Below are positions 45,553 to 57,311 of a DNA stretch of 60,562 bases, one piece after another. The DNA comes from Rhizomicrobium sp. (GTDB lineage Bacteria > Pseudomonadota > Alphaproteobacteria > Micropepsales > Micropepsaceae): contig DATAHD010000292.1 in NCBI GenBank assembly GCA_036263395.1, positions 1 to 60,562 on the forward strand, in the 5' to 3' direction. The notes beneath the pieces were generated by a model. The model saw only the letters and a program-made list of their open reading frames with translations, had not been told where the DNA came from and did no database searches. The translations under genes were made by a program, and so were the position numbers. The stretch's first letter is position 1. The number at the start of each line of letters is the position of its first letter.

Positions 45553-46254
45553 TTACGGGGTGCCGCGCATGCGCAGCTTGTCGCCGCGCACTTCCCAGCT
45601 GTCCAGCCGGTTGAGGAAGCTCATGCCGAGCAGGTTGTTGTGCAACTGACCGCGCTGCACGACCAGTGCCGGCACGTTGTGCTCGGTCAGATTGCCGACG
45701 GCAAGGCGGGCAAGCGTCACCGGCGCCGCGCGCGTGCGGCCGTTGGCGGTGTCGACATTGACGCTGTAATCGAGCACTTCGATCGGCAGGCCGGCGGCGC
45801 GCGCGGCTTCCTGCGTCAGCACGACCGACGTGGCACCGGTATCGATCACCATCGGCACTTTGGCGCCGTTGATGTGCGCGGCGACGGCGAAGTCGCCGCG
45901 GCGGCCGCGCACCACCTCTGCGTTGCGGCCGTGACTCGCGACGTGGCCTGGCATCAGCTGCGCCACGACGCGGTCGCCGACCTCGCCGAGCTCGAAGCGG
46001 TAGGTGTAGGCGACGATCAGCAGGAGCGCGATGACGGTCCAGAAAAGACCAGCCTCGAAGGCCTTCGACAGCCGCTCCTTGAACAGCACGAGCAGCAGGC
46101 CGCCGGCGCAGACGATCAGCGCGACCTTCAGCGTCAGCGCGCTGACGTCGTGGCGCAAAAGACTGGTGATGGCGTCCTGATCGCTCGTGGCGATCAGGAC
46201 CAGCAGCGACAGCGCGACGCCGAAGATCAGCGACCAGGTGAGGCGGCGGCTCAA
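45553..46254 (-). CDS. Clan AA aspartic protease (TIGR02281 type), membrane anchored
   Basis: IDTGATSVVL, V.TANG, LLGMSFL; N-terminal TM helices. Confidence 0.9.
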   Translation of the reverse strand: MSRRLTWSLIFGVALSLLVLIATSDQDAITSLLRHDVSALTLKVALIVCAGGLLLVLFKERLSKAFEAGLFWTVIALLLIVAYTYRFELGEVGDRVVAQLMPGHVASHGRNAEVVRGRRGDFAVAAHINGAKVPMVIDTGATSVVLTQEAARAAGLPIEVLDYSVNVDTANGRTRAAPVTLARLAVGNLTEHNVPALVVQRGQLHNNLLGMSFLNRLDSWEVRGDKLRMRGTP

Positions 46255-46258
46255 GCGA

Positions 46259-46438
46259 CTACTCCGCAGCGGCCGCGGGCCGATTGGCGGCGCGCGCCGG
46301 CAATTCGGCCATGATGCGGCGCCGCTCCGCCTCGGTCATGCCGCTCCAGCTTGCGATCTCCGCAACGGTGCGGCCGCAGCCCAGGCAAAGGCCGGACGCG
46401 CGATCGAGCGTGCAAATCTTGGTGCAGGGCGTTTCCAT
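46259..46438 (-). CDS. DUF1289-family Cys-rich small protein
   Basis: TPC..IC.LD...GLC.GCGRT..EI..W.....ER..IM..L..R. Confidence 0.85.
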   Translation of the reverse strand: METPCTKICTLDRASGLCLGCGRTVAEIASWSGMTEAERRRIMAELPARAANRPAAAAE

Positions 46439-46528
46439 CGGAAGAGCGTTCGCCGGCGAATCCGATGCCACCATAATCCGCCAAAACCGGAAGGCAATCG
46501 CGCGATTGTCGCAACACGCGCGTCCGTC

Positions 46529-48169
<1,641 letters not shown>

Positions 48170-48174
48170 AATCC

Positions 48175-48226
48175 TTAAGACCAAGCTTAAGAGGCGGCTA
48201 AAGTCTCTGGTTAACGAACCTTAACC
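48175..48226. promoter_or_regulatory. Cluster of four TTAA half-sites (CtrA-like) between the kinase and GST genes
   Basis: TTAA-N8-TTAA (48175-48190) and TTAA-N6-TTAAC (48211-48225); canonical spacing is N7. Confidence 0.4.
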
Positions 48227-48291
48227 GGCCTTTGACAGGAGGCCGCGGCCCGTGGTCGTTTGCGGGCAAGAAACATCGTTTGGGGACCGAA

Positions 48292-48903
48292 ATGAAGCTG
48301 TACGACAGCCGGATGGCGCCCAATCCGCGCCGGGTGCGCATTTTCCTGGCCGAGAAGGGTATCGAGGTGCCGACTGAGCAGGTCGACATGATGGCCAAGC
48401 AGCACCTGACCCCTGAATACACCGCCATCAATCCTCTCCAGCGCATGCCGGCGCTGGAGCTCGACGACGGCACGGTGATTTCAGAGTCGATCGCCATCTG
48501 CCGGTACTTCGAGGCACTGCGGCCGCAGCCGGCCTTGTTCGGCACAGGCCCAAAGGAGATCGCCGTCGTCGAGATGTGGAACAGGCGCTGCGAGCTCAAC
48601 CTGCTGTTCACGGTCGCCCACGTCTTCCGGCACACGCACCCGGCGATGAAGGAGCTGGAGGTGCCGCAGGTGCCGGCCTGGGCCGAGGCGAACAAGCCGC
48701 GCGTCATCGATTTCCTGCGCATCCTCGACAGCGAGCTCGCCAGGCGCGAGTTCGTCGCCGGCGAACATTTCACCGTCGCCGACATCACCGCTCTGTGTGC
48801 GATCGATTTCATGAAACCGACGCGCATCCAATTGCCCGACGACGTCGTCAATGTGAGGCGATGGCACGCCGCGGTCGCGGCGCGACCGAGCGCGAAAGCG
48901 TGA
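48292..48903 (+). CDS. Glutathione S-transferase
   Basis: APNPRRVRIFLAEKG, INP...P.L.LDDG..ISES.AICRY, F.AGE.FTVADI. Confidence 0.93.
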   Translation: MKLYDSRMAPNPRRVRIFLAEKGIEVPTEQVDMMAKQHLTPEYTAINPLQRMPALELDDGTVISESIAICRYFEALRPQPALFGTGPKEIAVVEMWNRRCELNLLFTVAHVFRHTHPAMKELEVPQVPAWAEANKPRVIDFLRILDSELARREFVAGEHFTVADITALCAIDFMKPTRIQLPDDVVNVRRWHAAVAARPSAKA

Positions 48904-48910
48904 GCAAGCG

Positions 48911-49654
48911 ATGAACCTCACCATCGTCGGCTGCGGCGACGCCTTCGGTTCGGGCGGGCGCATGAACACCTGCTTCTGGCTGAAGACCGCGAAGGCAACG
49001 CTCGTCGTCGACTTCGGCGCCTCGTCGCTGGTCGCGCTGAAGAAAGCGGGCCTCGATCCGAACGCGATCGACGGAATCGTGCTGTCGCATTTGCACGGCG
49101 ATCATTTCGGCGGGCTGCCGCTCCTTCTGCTCGATTATCAATTCCTGGCGCGGCGCGACCGCCCGCTCCTGATCGCCGGTCCGACCGGCGCGCGGGCGCG
49201 GATCGACGCCTTAATGGAAGCATTCTTCCCGAAATCGACCGGCTCGAAATGGAAGTTCGCCTGGGACGTACAGGAGATTGCGCCGGGCGTGCCCGACACG
49301 GTGCTAGGCCATGCAATCACGACCGCCGAGGTCATCCATCAGTCCGGCACGCCGTCGACTGCGCTTCGCCTGTCGGATGGCGTTAGGACCTTCGCCTATT
49401 CCGGCGACACCGAATGGACCGACGCACTCCTGCCGATCGCGCGCGACGCCGACCTCTTCATCTGCGAATGCTACGGCTTCGCCGGCAAGCTCTCAGGCCA
49501 TCTGAGTTGGGAAATCCTCAAGCCGCGGCTGGCCGATCTCGCCGCGCGCCGCACCATGCTCACGCACATGAATCCGACCATGCTGGCGCGGCTTGACGAG
49601 GCTCGGGCAGGGGGTGTGCTGCTCGCCGAGGACGGTCTGACGCTGGAGTTCTGA
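48911..49654 (+). CDS. MBL-fold metallohydrolase (RNase Z/BN-like)
   Basis: G.GDAFGSGGR.NTC, SHLHGDHFGG, YSGDT, LTHM. Confidence 0.9.
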   Translation: MNLTIVGCGDAFGSGGRMNTCFWLKTAKATLVVDFGASSLVALKKAGLDPNAIDGIVLSHLHGDHFGGLPLLLLDYQFLARRDRPLLIAGPTGARARIDALMEAFFPKSTGSKWKFAWDVQEIAPGVPDTVLGHAITTAEVIHQSGTPSTALRLSDGVRTFAYSGDTEWTDALLPIARDADLFICECYGFAGKLSGHLSWEILKPRLADLAARRTMLTHMNPTMLARLDEARAGGVLLAEDGLTLEF

Positions 49655-49677
49655 CCGGACCGGACTGTCCCGGGCGG

Positions 49678-49869
49678 TCAATAGGGGCTGGATTGCCCGG
49701 CGCGCTTGAGATGGCGCAGGTCTTCGGCTTTCGGCGGCCGCCGTTCCGGCGGCGGCGGCCGGAAGGCGCGGATCGCGCCGCGCACGACGAGGACCAGAAC
49801 CGCCCCCGCCGAGAGCAGCAGCACGCCGATCTCCGCCAAGGCGAGACTGCTGTAGATCAAAGCCGCCAT
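49678..49869 (-). CDS. Small hypothetical membrane protein
   Basis: One hydrophobic segment plus basic tail; fills the gap after the co-oriented dehydrogenase. Confidence 0.5.
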   Translation of the reverse strand: MAALIYSSLALAEIGVLLLSAGAVLVLVVRGAIRAFRPPPPERRPPKAEDLRHLKRAGQSSPY

Positions 49870-49893
49870 GCGGTTGCCGGCTGCCGGAGCGGC

Positions 49894-50769
49894 CTACTTC
49901 CGCTCCAGCCGCGCCAGCAGCGCCGAGGTGTCCCAGCGCTTGCCGCCCATCTTCTGCACTTCGGCATAGAACTGATCGACCAGCGCGGTGACGGGAAGGC
50001 TCGCGCCGTTCTTGCGCGCTTCACCGAGACAAATACTTAAGTCCTTGCGCATCCAGTCGACGGCAAAACCGTGATCGAATTTGCCGGCGACCATGGTCTT
50101 GTAGCGGTTCTCCATCTGCCACGACTGCGCCGCGCCCTTGGAGATGGTGGCTATCAGCTTCTCGGTGTCGAGACCGGCCTTCATGGCGAAGTGCAGGGCT
50201 TCCGACAGGCCCTGCACCAGGCCGGCGATGCAGATCTGGTTGCACATTTTGGCAAGCTGGCCCGAGCCCGGCGCACCCATCAGGTTGCAGGCGCGGGCAT
50301 AGGCGTCGATCACAGGCTTGGCTTTGTTGAACACCGCCTCTTCGCCGCCGCACATCACCGTCAGCACGCCGTTCTCGGCGCCGGCCTGGCCGCCGGACAC
50401 CGGTGCGTCGACGAAGTCGAAGCCGCTCTTCTTCGCTGCGTCGAAGAGTTCGCGCGCGATCTCGGCCGAAGCGGTGGTGTGATCGACGAAGATCGTGCCC
50501 TTGCCCATCGCCTGGAAGGCGCCGTCCCTGCCGAGCGTGACCTCGCGCAGGTCGTTGTCGTTGCCGACGCAGCACATGACGAGGTCCTGGCCCTGCGACG
50601 CAGCCTTCGGCGTCGCCGCCGATTTGCCGCCGTACTGCTTGACCCACTGTTCCGCCTTGGCGGCAGTACGGTTGTAGACGGTGACCTCGTGGCCGCCCTT
50701 GTTCTTCAAATGCCCGGCCATCGGATAGCCCATGACGCCCAAGCCGAGAAAAGCCACCTTCGCCATCAT
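49894..50769 (-). CDS. NAD(P)-dependent beta-hydroxyacid dehydrogenase (3-hydroxyisobutyrate DH / tartronate semialdehyde reductase family)
   Basis: AFLGLGVMGYPMA, VYNRT, DAPVSGG..GA..G.L, G.GQ..KM.NQ, KDL; RBS AAGGAGA. Confidence 0.93.
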   Translation of the reverse strand: MMAKVAFLGLGVMGYPMAGHLKNKGGHEVTVYNRTAAKAEQWVKQYGGKSAATPKAASQGQDLVMCCVGNDNDLREVTLGRDGAFQAMGKGTIFVDHTTASAEIARELFDAAKKSGFDFVDAPVSGGQAGAENGVLTVMCGGEEAVFNKAKPVIDAYARACNLMGAPGSGQLAKMCNQICIAGLVQGLSEALHFAMKAGLDTEKLIATISKGAAQSWQMENRYKTMVAGKFDHGFAVDWMRKDLSICLGEARKNGASLPVTALVDQFYAEVQKMGGKRWDTSALLARLERK

Positions 50770-50803
50770 CGATCTCCTTCGAAATGCGCTGTAACGCTGA
50801 GTG

Positions 50804-51787
50804 TCATTGAATGTGAACGTTGAGTTCCTTGGCGAGCTTGCCGAATTTCTCGTCGTCGCTCTTGATGCGCGCGGCGAACTCGTCCTGCGACAGGATCAGC
50901 GGCATGAGGCTGCCGGAGACGTTGATCTTCGCCGCCACCTCGGGCTTTGCGAGCTCGGCCTGCACGATCGTCCGCAGCTTGTCGATGATCGGTTTCGGCG
51001 TGCCGGCCGGCGCGAACAGGCCGAGCCAGATGTCGACGGCGTAGCCGGGATAGGTTTCGCCGATCGTCGGCACGTTGGGCAGACGCTTGGAGCGTTCCTT
51101 GCCGCTGACGGCAAGCGGCCGCAGCGTGCCGGCCTCGAACTGGCCGGCGCTCTCGCCGCCGGCAAACAGCACCTGCGTCTCGCCCGCGATCGTCGCCTGC
51201 ATGGCGGGCGAGCCGCCACGATAGGTCACGTTGAGCACCTTGAACCCGGCGCGCTGCTTCAATTGCTCCATGGCGAAGAAGTGCTGGCTGCCGACACCGC
51301 CGCTGGCGAAGGCGAGCGGCGGATTGGCCTTCTTGGCGTATTCGACGAATTCCGGCAGCGACTTCACCGGCACCTTCGGGTTGACCGCGAGCACGAACTG
51401 ATTGGTCGCGACCGATGTGATCGGCACCAGGTCTTTCATCGGGTCGAAGCTCATCTTCGCGTAGACATGCGGATTGATGACGATGCCGCTGTCGGCGGCG
51501 AGTATGAGCGTATAGCCGTCGGGCGGCGACTTGGCAGCGGCCTCGCCGGCGATATTGCCGTTGGCGCCGGTGCGGTTCTCGATCACCACCGGCTGGCCGA
51601 TCGCCTGCGATAGGTAATTGCCGACGAGCCGCGCCACGACGTCGGGCGCGCCGCCGGGCGGGATCGGCACCAGGATCTTGATCGGCCGGTTCGGGTAAAC
51701 GTCCTCGGCGGCGGCGGGCAAGGCGGCGCTCAAGCCGGTGCCCAGGATGGCGGCGAGCGCCATTGCGCAGACTGAAAATGTCCTCAT
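50804..51787 (-). CDS. Bug/TctC substrate-binding protein
   Basis: Signal peptide; YPNRPIKILVP.PPGG..D, ENR.GA.G.I, PDGYTL, PAGTP. Confidence 0.93.
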   Translation of the reverse strand: MRTFSVCAMALAAILGTGLSAALPAAAEDVYPNRPIKILVPIPPGGAPDVVARLVGNYLSQAIGQPVVIENRTGANGNIAGEAAAKSPPDGYTLILAADSGIVINPHVYAKMSFDPMKDLVPITSVATNQFVLAVNPKVPVKSLPEFVEYAKKANPPLAFASGGVGSQHFFAMEQLKQRAGFKVLNVTYRGGSPAMQATIAGETQVLFAGGESAGQFEAGTLRPLAVSGKERSKRLPNVPTIGETYPGYAVDIWLGLFAPAGTPKPIIDKLRTIVQAELAKPEVAAKINVSGSLMPLILSQDEFAARIKSDDEKFGKLAKELNVHIQ

Positions 51788-51799
51788 CCCGTATCCTCC

Positions 51800-52516
51800 C
51801 TAGGTCTTGTCGTTCACGCCTTCGCGGCGTTTTACACGTCGTACCAGATATTCGAAGTTGATGGCGAACTGTTCCGGGCGGCTGATGTCGTTCTTCAGCT
51901 TCTCGACGTCGGCGCGCGGAAACTCCGGTGCCGGATCTCCGGCGGCTTCCGCCAGGACCTGCACCATTGCCGCATTCTCTAGCATGATCGCGCCGATCAC
52001 AGTTTCGGCGATCGTGGCGCCGACCGTCACCGCGCCGTGGTTCTTCAGGAGCACCGCCCGGTGCGGCCCGAGGGCGTGCGCGACGCCCGCACCCATCTCT
52101 TTGCTGCGGATGAGATTGATCGTGTCTGTGTAAATGCCGAGCGCCTCCTGGAAGAGCGCGCCAGGCTGGCTATAGGCGCGCATCGGCCGTCCGGTCGCCG
52201 ACAACGCGACGGCGTAGGGCGGATGCGTGTGGAGGACGCAGTTGACGTCGGCGCGCTGCTTGTAAATTTCCGAATGGATATAGACCTCGCTGTGCCGGCG
52301 CGCCGTGCCCGCCACCACGTGGCCATCGAGATCGATAGTGAGGATGTTATCGGGCGCGATCTCGTCGAGGCCGACGCTGTGCGGCTTCATGAAGAACAGG
52401 AACGGTTCGTCCGGCAGTCGGAACGAGATGTGGCCGCGGGTGAAGTCGTCCTGACCTTCGGCGACCAGAACTTTGCCGGCCCAGATGAGTTGTTCCTTGA
52501 TCTCGTCGTGCGTCAT
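51800..52516 (-). CDS. Class II aldolase/adducin-family protein
   Basis: GHIS.R, SE..IH.EIY..R.DV..V.HTHPP, LLKNHG..TVG. Confidence 0.9.
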   Translation of the reverse strand: MTHDEIKEQLIWAGKVLVAEGQDDFTRGHISFRLPDEPFLFFMKPHSVGLDEIAPDNILTIDLDGHVVAGTARRHSEVYIHSEIYKQRADVNCVLHTHPPYAVALSATGRPMRAYSQPGALFQEALGIYTDTINLIRSKEMGAGVAHALGPHRAVLLKNHGAVTVGATIAETVIGAIMLENAAMVQVLAEAAGDPAPEFPRADVEKLKNDISRPEQFAINFEYLVRRVKRREGVNDKT

Positions 52517-52648
52517 TCGGCTACTTCTGCAAGGGGAGGGGTGGTTCGGAGGCGCAAACTGGCACTGCCTCGCGCCTAGCTCAAGCCCGCATTGACGCCC
52601 CTGCGGGCATGCCTATGGTGGCGGCCGAATGGAACGAGGTGCGTTGCG

Positions 52649-53788
52649 ATGGCGGTCACGAAAGAACAGGTTCTGGCGGCGCTGGCGAAGGTGGCGGCTC
52701 CGAACGGCGGCAGCCTGATCGAGGCGCGGGTCCTGTCCGATATCGTCGTCGGCGAGAACAAGGTGTTCTTCTCGATCACCGTCGGCGCGGCCGACGTGAA
52801 GGCCTGGGAGCCGGTGCGCAAACGCGCCGAGGACGCCGTCAAGGCCGTGCCGGGCGTTGCCTCGGCGCTGGTGGCGCTGACGGCGGAGAAGGCCGGCGGT
52901 GGTTCCGGTGGCTCGGCGCGTCCGCAGGCGTCCGCGCAGCGCCAGGCCGCACGCGCACATCCGGCCCACCCGGCCGACAAGACCCAGCCCGGCATTCCGG
53001 GCGTCGACGCCGTCATCGCCGTTGCCTCCGGCAAAGGCGGCGTCGGCAAATCGACCACCGCCGTCAATCTTGCGCTCGGCCTGCGCGACCAGGGCCTCAA
53101 GGTCGGCATGCTCGACGCCGACATCTACGGCCCGTCGCTGCCGAAGCTCCTGGCCATCCGCGAGAAGCCGCAGACGATCGGCGGCAACCGGCTCAAGCCG
53201 ATCGAGCGCTACGGCCTGACGGTGATGTCGATCGGCTTCCTGATCGACGAGGACACGCCGATGATCTGGCGCGGCCCCATGGTCATGTCCGCCATCACGC
53301 AGATGCTGCGGGAGGTGGAATGGGGCAAGCTCGACGTCATGGTCGTCGACATGCCGCCCGGCACGGGCGACGCGCAGTTGACCATGGCGCAGCAGGTGCC
53401 GCTCAAGGGCGCCGTCATCGTTTCGACGCCGCAGGACCTGGCGCTGATCGACGCGCGCCGCGGCGTCGCCATGTTCAATCGCGTCAACGTGCCCGTGCTC
53501 GGTGTCGTCGAGAACATGAGCTACTTCCTGTGCCCCGAATGCGGCGCGCGCTCGGACATCTTCGGGCATGGCGGCGCGCGCCATGAGGCCGAGCGATTGG
53601 GCGTGCCGTTTCTCGGCGAAGTGCCGCTGCACATGACGATCCGCGAGAAGTCGGACGCGGGCCTGCCCGTCGTGGCGACCGAGCCGGACGGCCCGCACGC
53701 CAAGATCTACCGCGACATCGCCGCCAAGGTGCTGGCCGCCATCAAAGGCGGTGGCCGCGCCGCGCCGAAGATCGTCGTCGAGGCCTGA
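52649..53788 (+). CDS. mrp: Mrp/ApbC iron-sulfur cluster carrier ATPase
   Basis: VASGKGGVGKST, DADIYGPS, WRGPM, DMPPGTGD, ENMSYF.CP.C; N-terminal DUF59-like domain. Confidence 0.95.
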   Translation: MAVTKEQVLAALAKVAAPNGGSLIEARVLSDIVVGENKVFFSITVGAADVKAWEPVRKRAEDAVKAVPGVASALVALTAEKAGGGSGGSARPQASAQRQAARAHPAHPADKTQPGIPGVDAVIAVASGKGGVGKSTTAVNLALGLRDQGLKVGMLDADIYGPSLPKLLAIREKPQTIGGNRLKPIERYGLTVMSIGFLIDEDTPMIWRGPMVMSAITQMLREVEWGKLDVMVVDMPPGTGDAQLTMAQQVPLKGAVIVSTPQDLALIDARRGVAMFNRVNVPVLGVVENMSYFLCPECGARSDIFGHGGARHEAERLGVPFLGEVPLHMTIREKSDAGLPVVATEPDGPHAKIYRDIAAKVLAAIKGGGRAAPKIVVEA

Positions 53789-53808
53789 CAAACGAGCGGG
53801 GGCGGGAC

Positions 53809-54573
53809 ATGAATGCGGCCAGCGCCTTCCGTCTCGCTCTCGTCTCTCTTGTGCTCGCGTCGTCCAGCGCGCTGGCGCAGGCGCCGCGGGAGGATGCCCC
53901 GAAAGCGCCGGCGCCGGCGCTCGTCGAGCCGGCCCTGTCGGCGGACGTTGAGTTCGCCCGCAACATCGCGATCATCCGCGCCGACCTCTTGATGGCGGAC
54001 GCGCTGGTGAAGGAGCGCGACTGGGTCGACGCGCGGCCCCACGTCAATTTTCCGCGCGAGGAAATCTACGGCGCCATCCGCGACGAATTGAAGACCTACA
54101 AGACGCCACAGTTTGACGGCGCGCTGCGCGAGCTCGCGCATGCGGTGGCGGCGCGCAGCATCAGGCTTTACGAACGAGCATCGAGGAAGGTGCAGGCGGC
54201 GCTCATCGCCGCCGATTTCGCTTTGCAGGCTCGGCAGAAGGACTGGGCGCGCTTCACGTTGCAGGCCGCTGCGGCGACCTTGAGCGACGCGGCCGACGAG
54301 TATGACGATGCGGTCGCGAACGACCGTATCGCGCACGCGGTCGGTTACCAGAGCGCGCGCGGCATCGTGTTCGAAGCGGACCGTATGTTCGAAAGCGTCG
54401 CCAAGGAGATCGCTGCGCGGGACCCGCAAGCAGTGCAGACGGTCCGCGGTAATCTGATGCGCCTGAAGAATGCGTTGGCGGCGGTCGCCGCGCCGAAAGC
54501 GCCGCCCGCTGCGGTCGAGACGATGCGTGCGCTCGTCGTGCAGACCGCTGCGCTGATGCGCGGCGTCCATTAG
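53809..54573 (+). CDS. Secreted alpha-helical hypothetical protein
   Basis: Signal peptide ALA-Q; codon usage like neighbours; 20 bp after mrp. Confidence 0.75.
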   Translation: MNAASAFRLALVSLVLASSSALAQAPREDAPKAPAPALVEPALSADVEFARNIAIIRADLLMADALVKERDWVDARPHVNFPREEIYGAIRDELKTYKTPQFDGALRELAHAVAARSIRLYERASRKVQAALIAADFALQARQKDWARFTLQAAAATLSDAADEYDDAVANDRIAHAVGYQSARGIVFEADRMFESVAKEIAARDPQAVQTVRGNLMRLKNALAAVAAPKAPPAAVETMRALVVQTAALMRGVH

Positions 54574-54729
54574 TCAGACTTTCGTCTAGCCCACAGCCAT
54601 ACCGCCCTGCATCGCGCTTATGCGCGACCTTGCTTCGCCTTGCTCTCGCGGCGGCGACCTGCTTTGACACCCGCAATCCGCCAGTCCCGGCGGGGCAATT
54701 CAAAAAGAAAACCGGAGTTTGACGTCCTC

Positions 54730-55818
54730 ATGAAACGCCGACAGTTCCTGGGCGCCGCAGGCGCGGGTGCCGCCGCCGCGGCCATCGCTTCGCCCGCAAT
54801 CGCGCAATCGGCTCCCGAGTTGAAATGGCGCCTGACCTCGAGCTTCCCGAAGTCGCTCGACACGATCTACGGCGCCAGCGAAATCTTCGCGAAGTCCGTT
54901 GCTGAAGCGACCGACAACAAGTTCCAGATCCAGTGTTTCGCCGCCGGCGAGATCGTTCCCGGCCTCCAGGCCGCCGACGCGGTCGGCAACGGCACCGTCG
55001 AGATGGCGCACACCGCGTCCTATTACTACGTCGGCAAGGACCCGACCTTTGCGTTGTTCACCGCGCAGCCCTTCGGTCTCAATTCGCGCATGCAGACGTC
55101 GTGGATGTATTTCGGCGGCGCGCTCGACCTCGCCAACGAGTTCTACAAGAAATACAATTTCATCGCCTTCCCGGCCGGCAATACCGGCACGCAGATGGGC
55201 GGCTGGTTCCGCAAGGAGATCAAGACCGTCGACGACATCAAGGGCCTGAAATTCCGCACCGCGGGCTTCAACGGACAGATCTTCTCGAAGATGGGCGCGG
55301 TGCCGCAGCAGATCGCCGGCGGCGACATCTATCCGGCGCTGGAGAAGGGCACCATCGACGCCGTCGAGTGGGTGGGCCCGTACGACGACGAGAAGCTCGG
55401 CTTCGTCAAGGTCGCGAAGTACTATTACTATCCGGGTTGGTGGGAAGGCGGCGCAATGCTGCACAACTTCATCAACATCGATAAGTGGAATTCGCTGCCG
55501 AAGAGCTATCAGGAGATCGTGCGCGCTGCCTCCGACAAGGCGCACACCTGGATGCAGGCGAAATACGACGCGGTCAATCCGCAGGCGATCAAGCGCCTGG
55601 TCGCTGCTGGGGCGCAGCTGCGTCCGTTCCCGCAGGCCGTGATGGAAGCCTCCTACAAGGCGGCCGTCGACACCTACAATGAAGTCGGCGCCAAGAATGC
55701 CGAGTTCAAGAAGGTCTACGACAGCATGGTCGCCTTCCGCGGTGACGCCTACCTGTGGTGGCAGGTGGCCGAACTCGGCTTCGACGCCTTCATGGTGCGG
55801 CAGCGCGCCCGCGGCTGA
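54730..55818 (+). CDS. takP: TRAP substrate-binding protein, TakP (2-oxoacid/monocarboxylate) type, paralogue 1
   Basis: Tat signal MKRRQFL; WRL.SSFPKSLDT, GNTGTQMGGWF, ALEKGTIDA.EWVGPYDD.KLG, YPGWWE. Confidence 0.92.
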   Translation: MKRRQFLGAAGAGAAAAAIASPAIAQSAPELKWRLTSSFPKSLDTIYGASEIFAKSVAEATDNKFQIQCFAAGEIVPGLQAADAVGNGTVEMAHTASYYYVGKDPTFALFTAQPFGLNSRMQTSWMYFGGALDLANEFYKKYNFIAFPAGNTGTQMGGWFRKEIKTVDDIKGLKFRTAGFNGQIFSKMGAVPQQIAGGDIYPALEKGTIDAVEWVGPYDDEKLGFVKVAKYYYYPGWWEGGAMLHNFINIDKWNSLPKSYQEIVRAASDKAHTWMQAKYDAVNPQAIKRLVAAGAQLRPFPQAVMEASYKAAVDTYNEVGAKNAEFKKVYDSMVAFRGDAYLWWQVAELGFDAFMVRQRARG

Positions 55819-55844
55819 GCGCTGCGCTGGATTGCGAACTTAGG

Positions 55845-55878
55845 ACCCCGTCCGGCACTGCCGGGCGGGGTTTTCTTT
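55845..55878 (+). terminator. Intrinsic terminator
   Basis: ACCCCGTCCGGCA-c-TGCCGGGCGGGGT followed by TTTCTTT. Confidence 0.8.
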
Positions 55879-55983
55879 GCTCCGCACCCCGATTGGATTT
55901 CGGCCTTCCGCGGTCTATCGTTACCGCATCGGGCGGGCGGCCGGGAACCGTCCCTCGGCACCATCATGAGGGGAGGACGAGCA

Positions 55984-57072
<1,089 letters not shown>

Positions 57073-57095
57073 GCCGCCCGTTAGACTTTCGTCGG

Positions 57096-57124
57096 GGGAC
57101 CGGCCCATGGGCCGGTCCCTTTTT
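57096..57124 (+). terminator. Intrinsic terminator
   Basis: Perfect palindrome GGGACCGGCCCATGGGCCGGTCCC followed by TTTTT. Confidence 0.85.
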
Positions 57125-57311
57125 GCTTAACCGACGGGGAACTTGGGCCTTACAACTTTGTCCGATCCAGTGCACACTGGAATCACGGTATGGGAGGCCT
57201 CCGGCACCCCGCCATGCCCGTCCGGTTTCGATACGTGATGGGCCAAGGACAAGAACGGCGCAACGCGTCCGCGTCAGCCCGCTTTTCATCGATCCCAAGG
57301 GAGGAGTTTGG

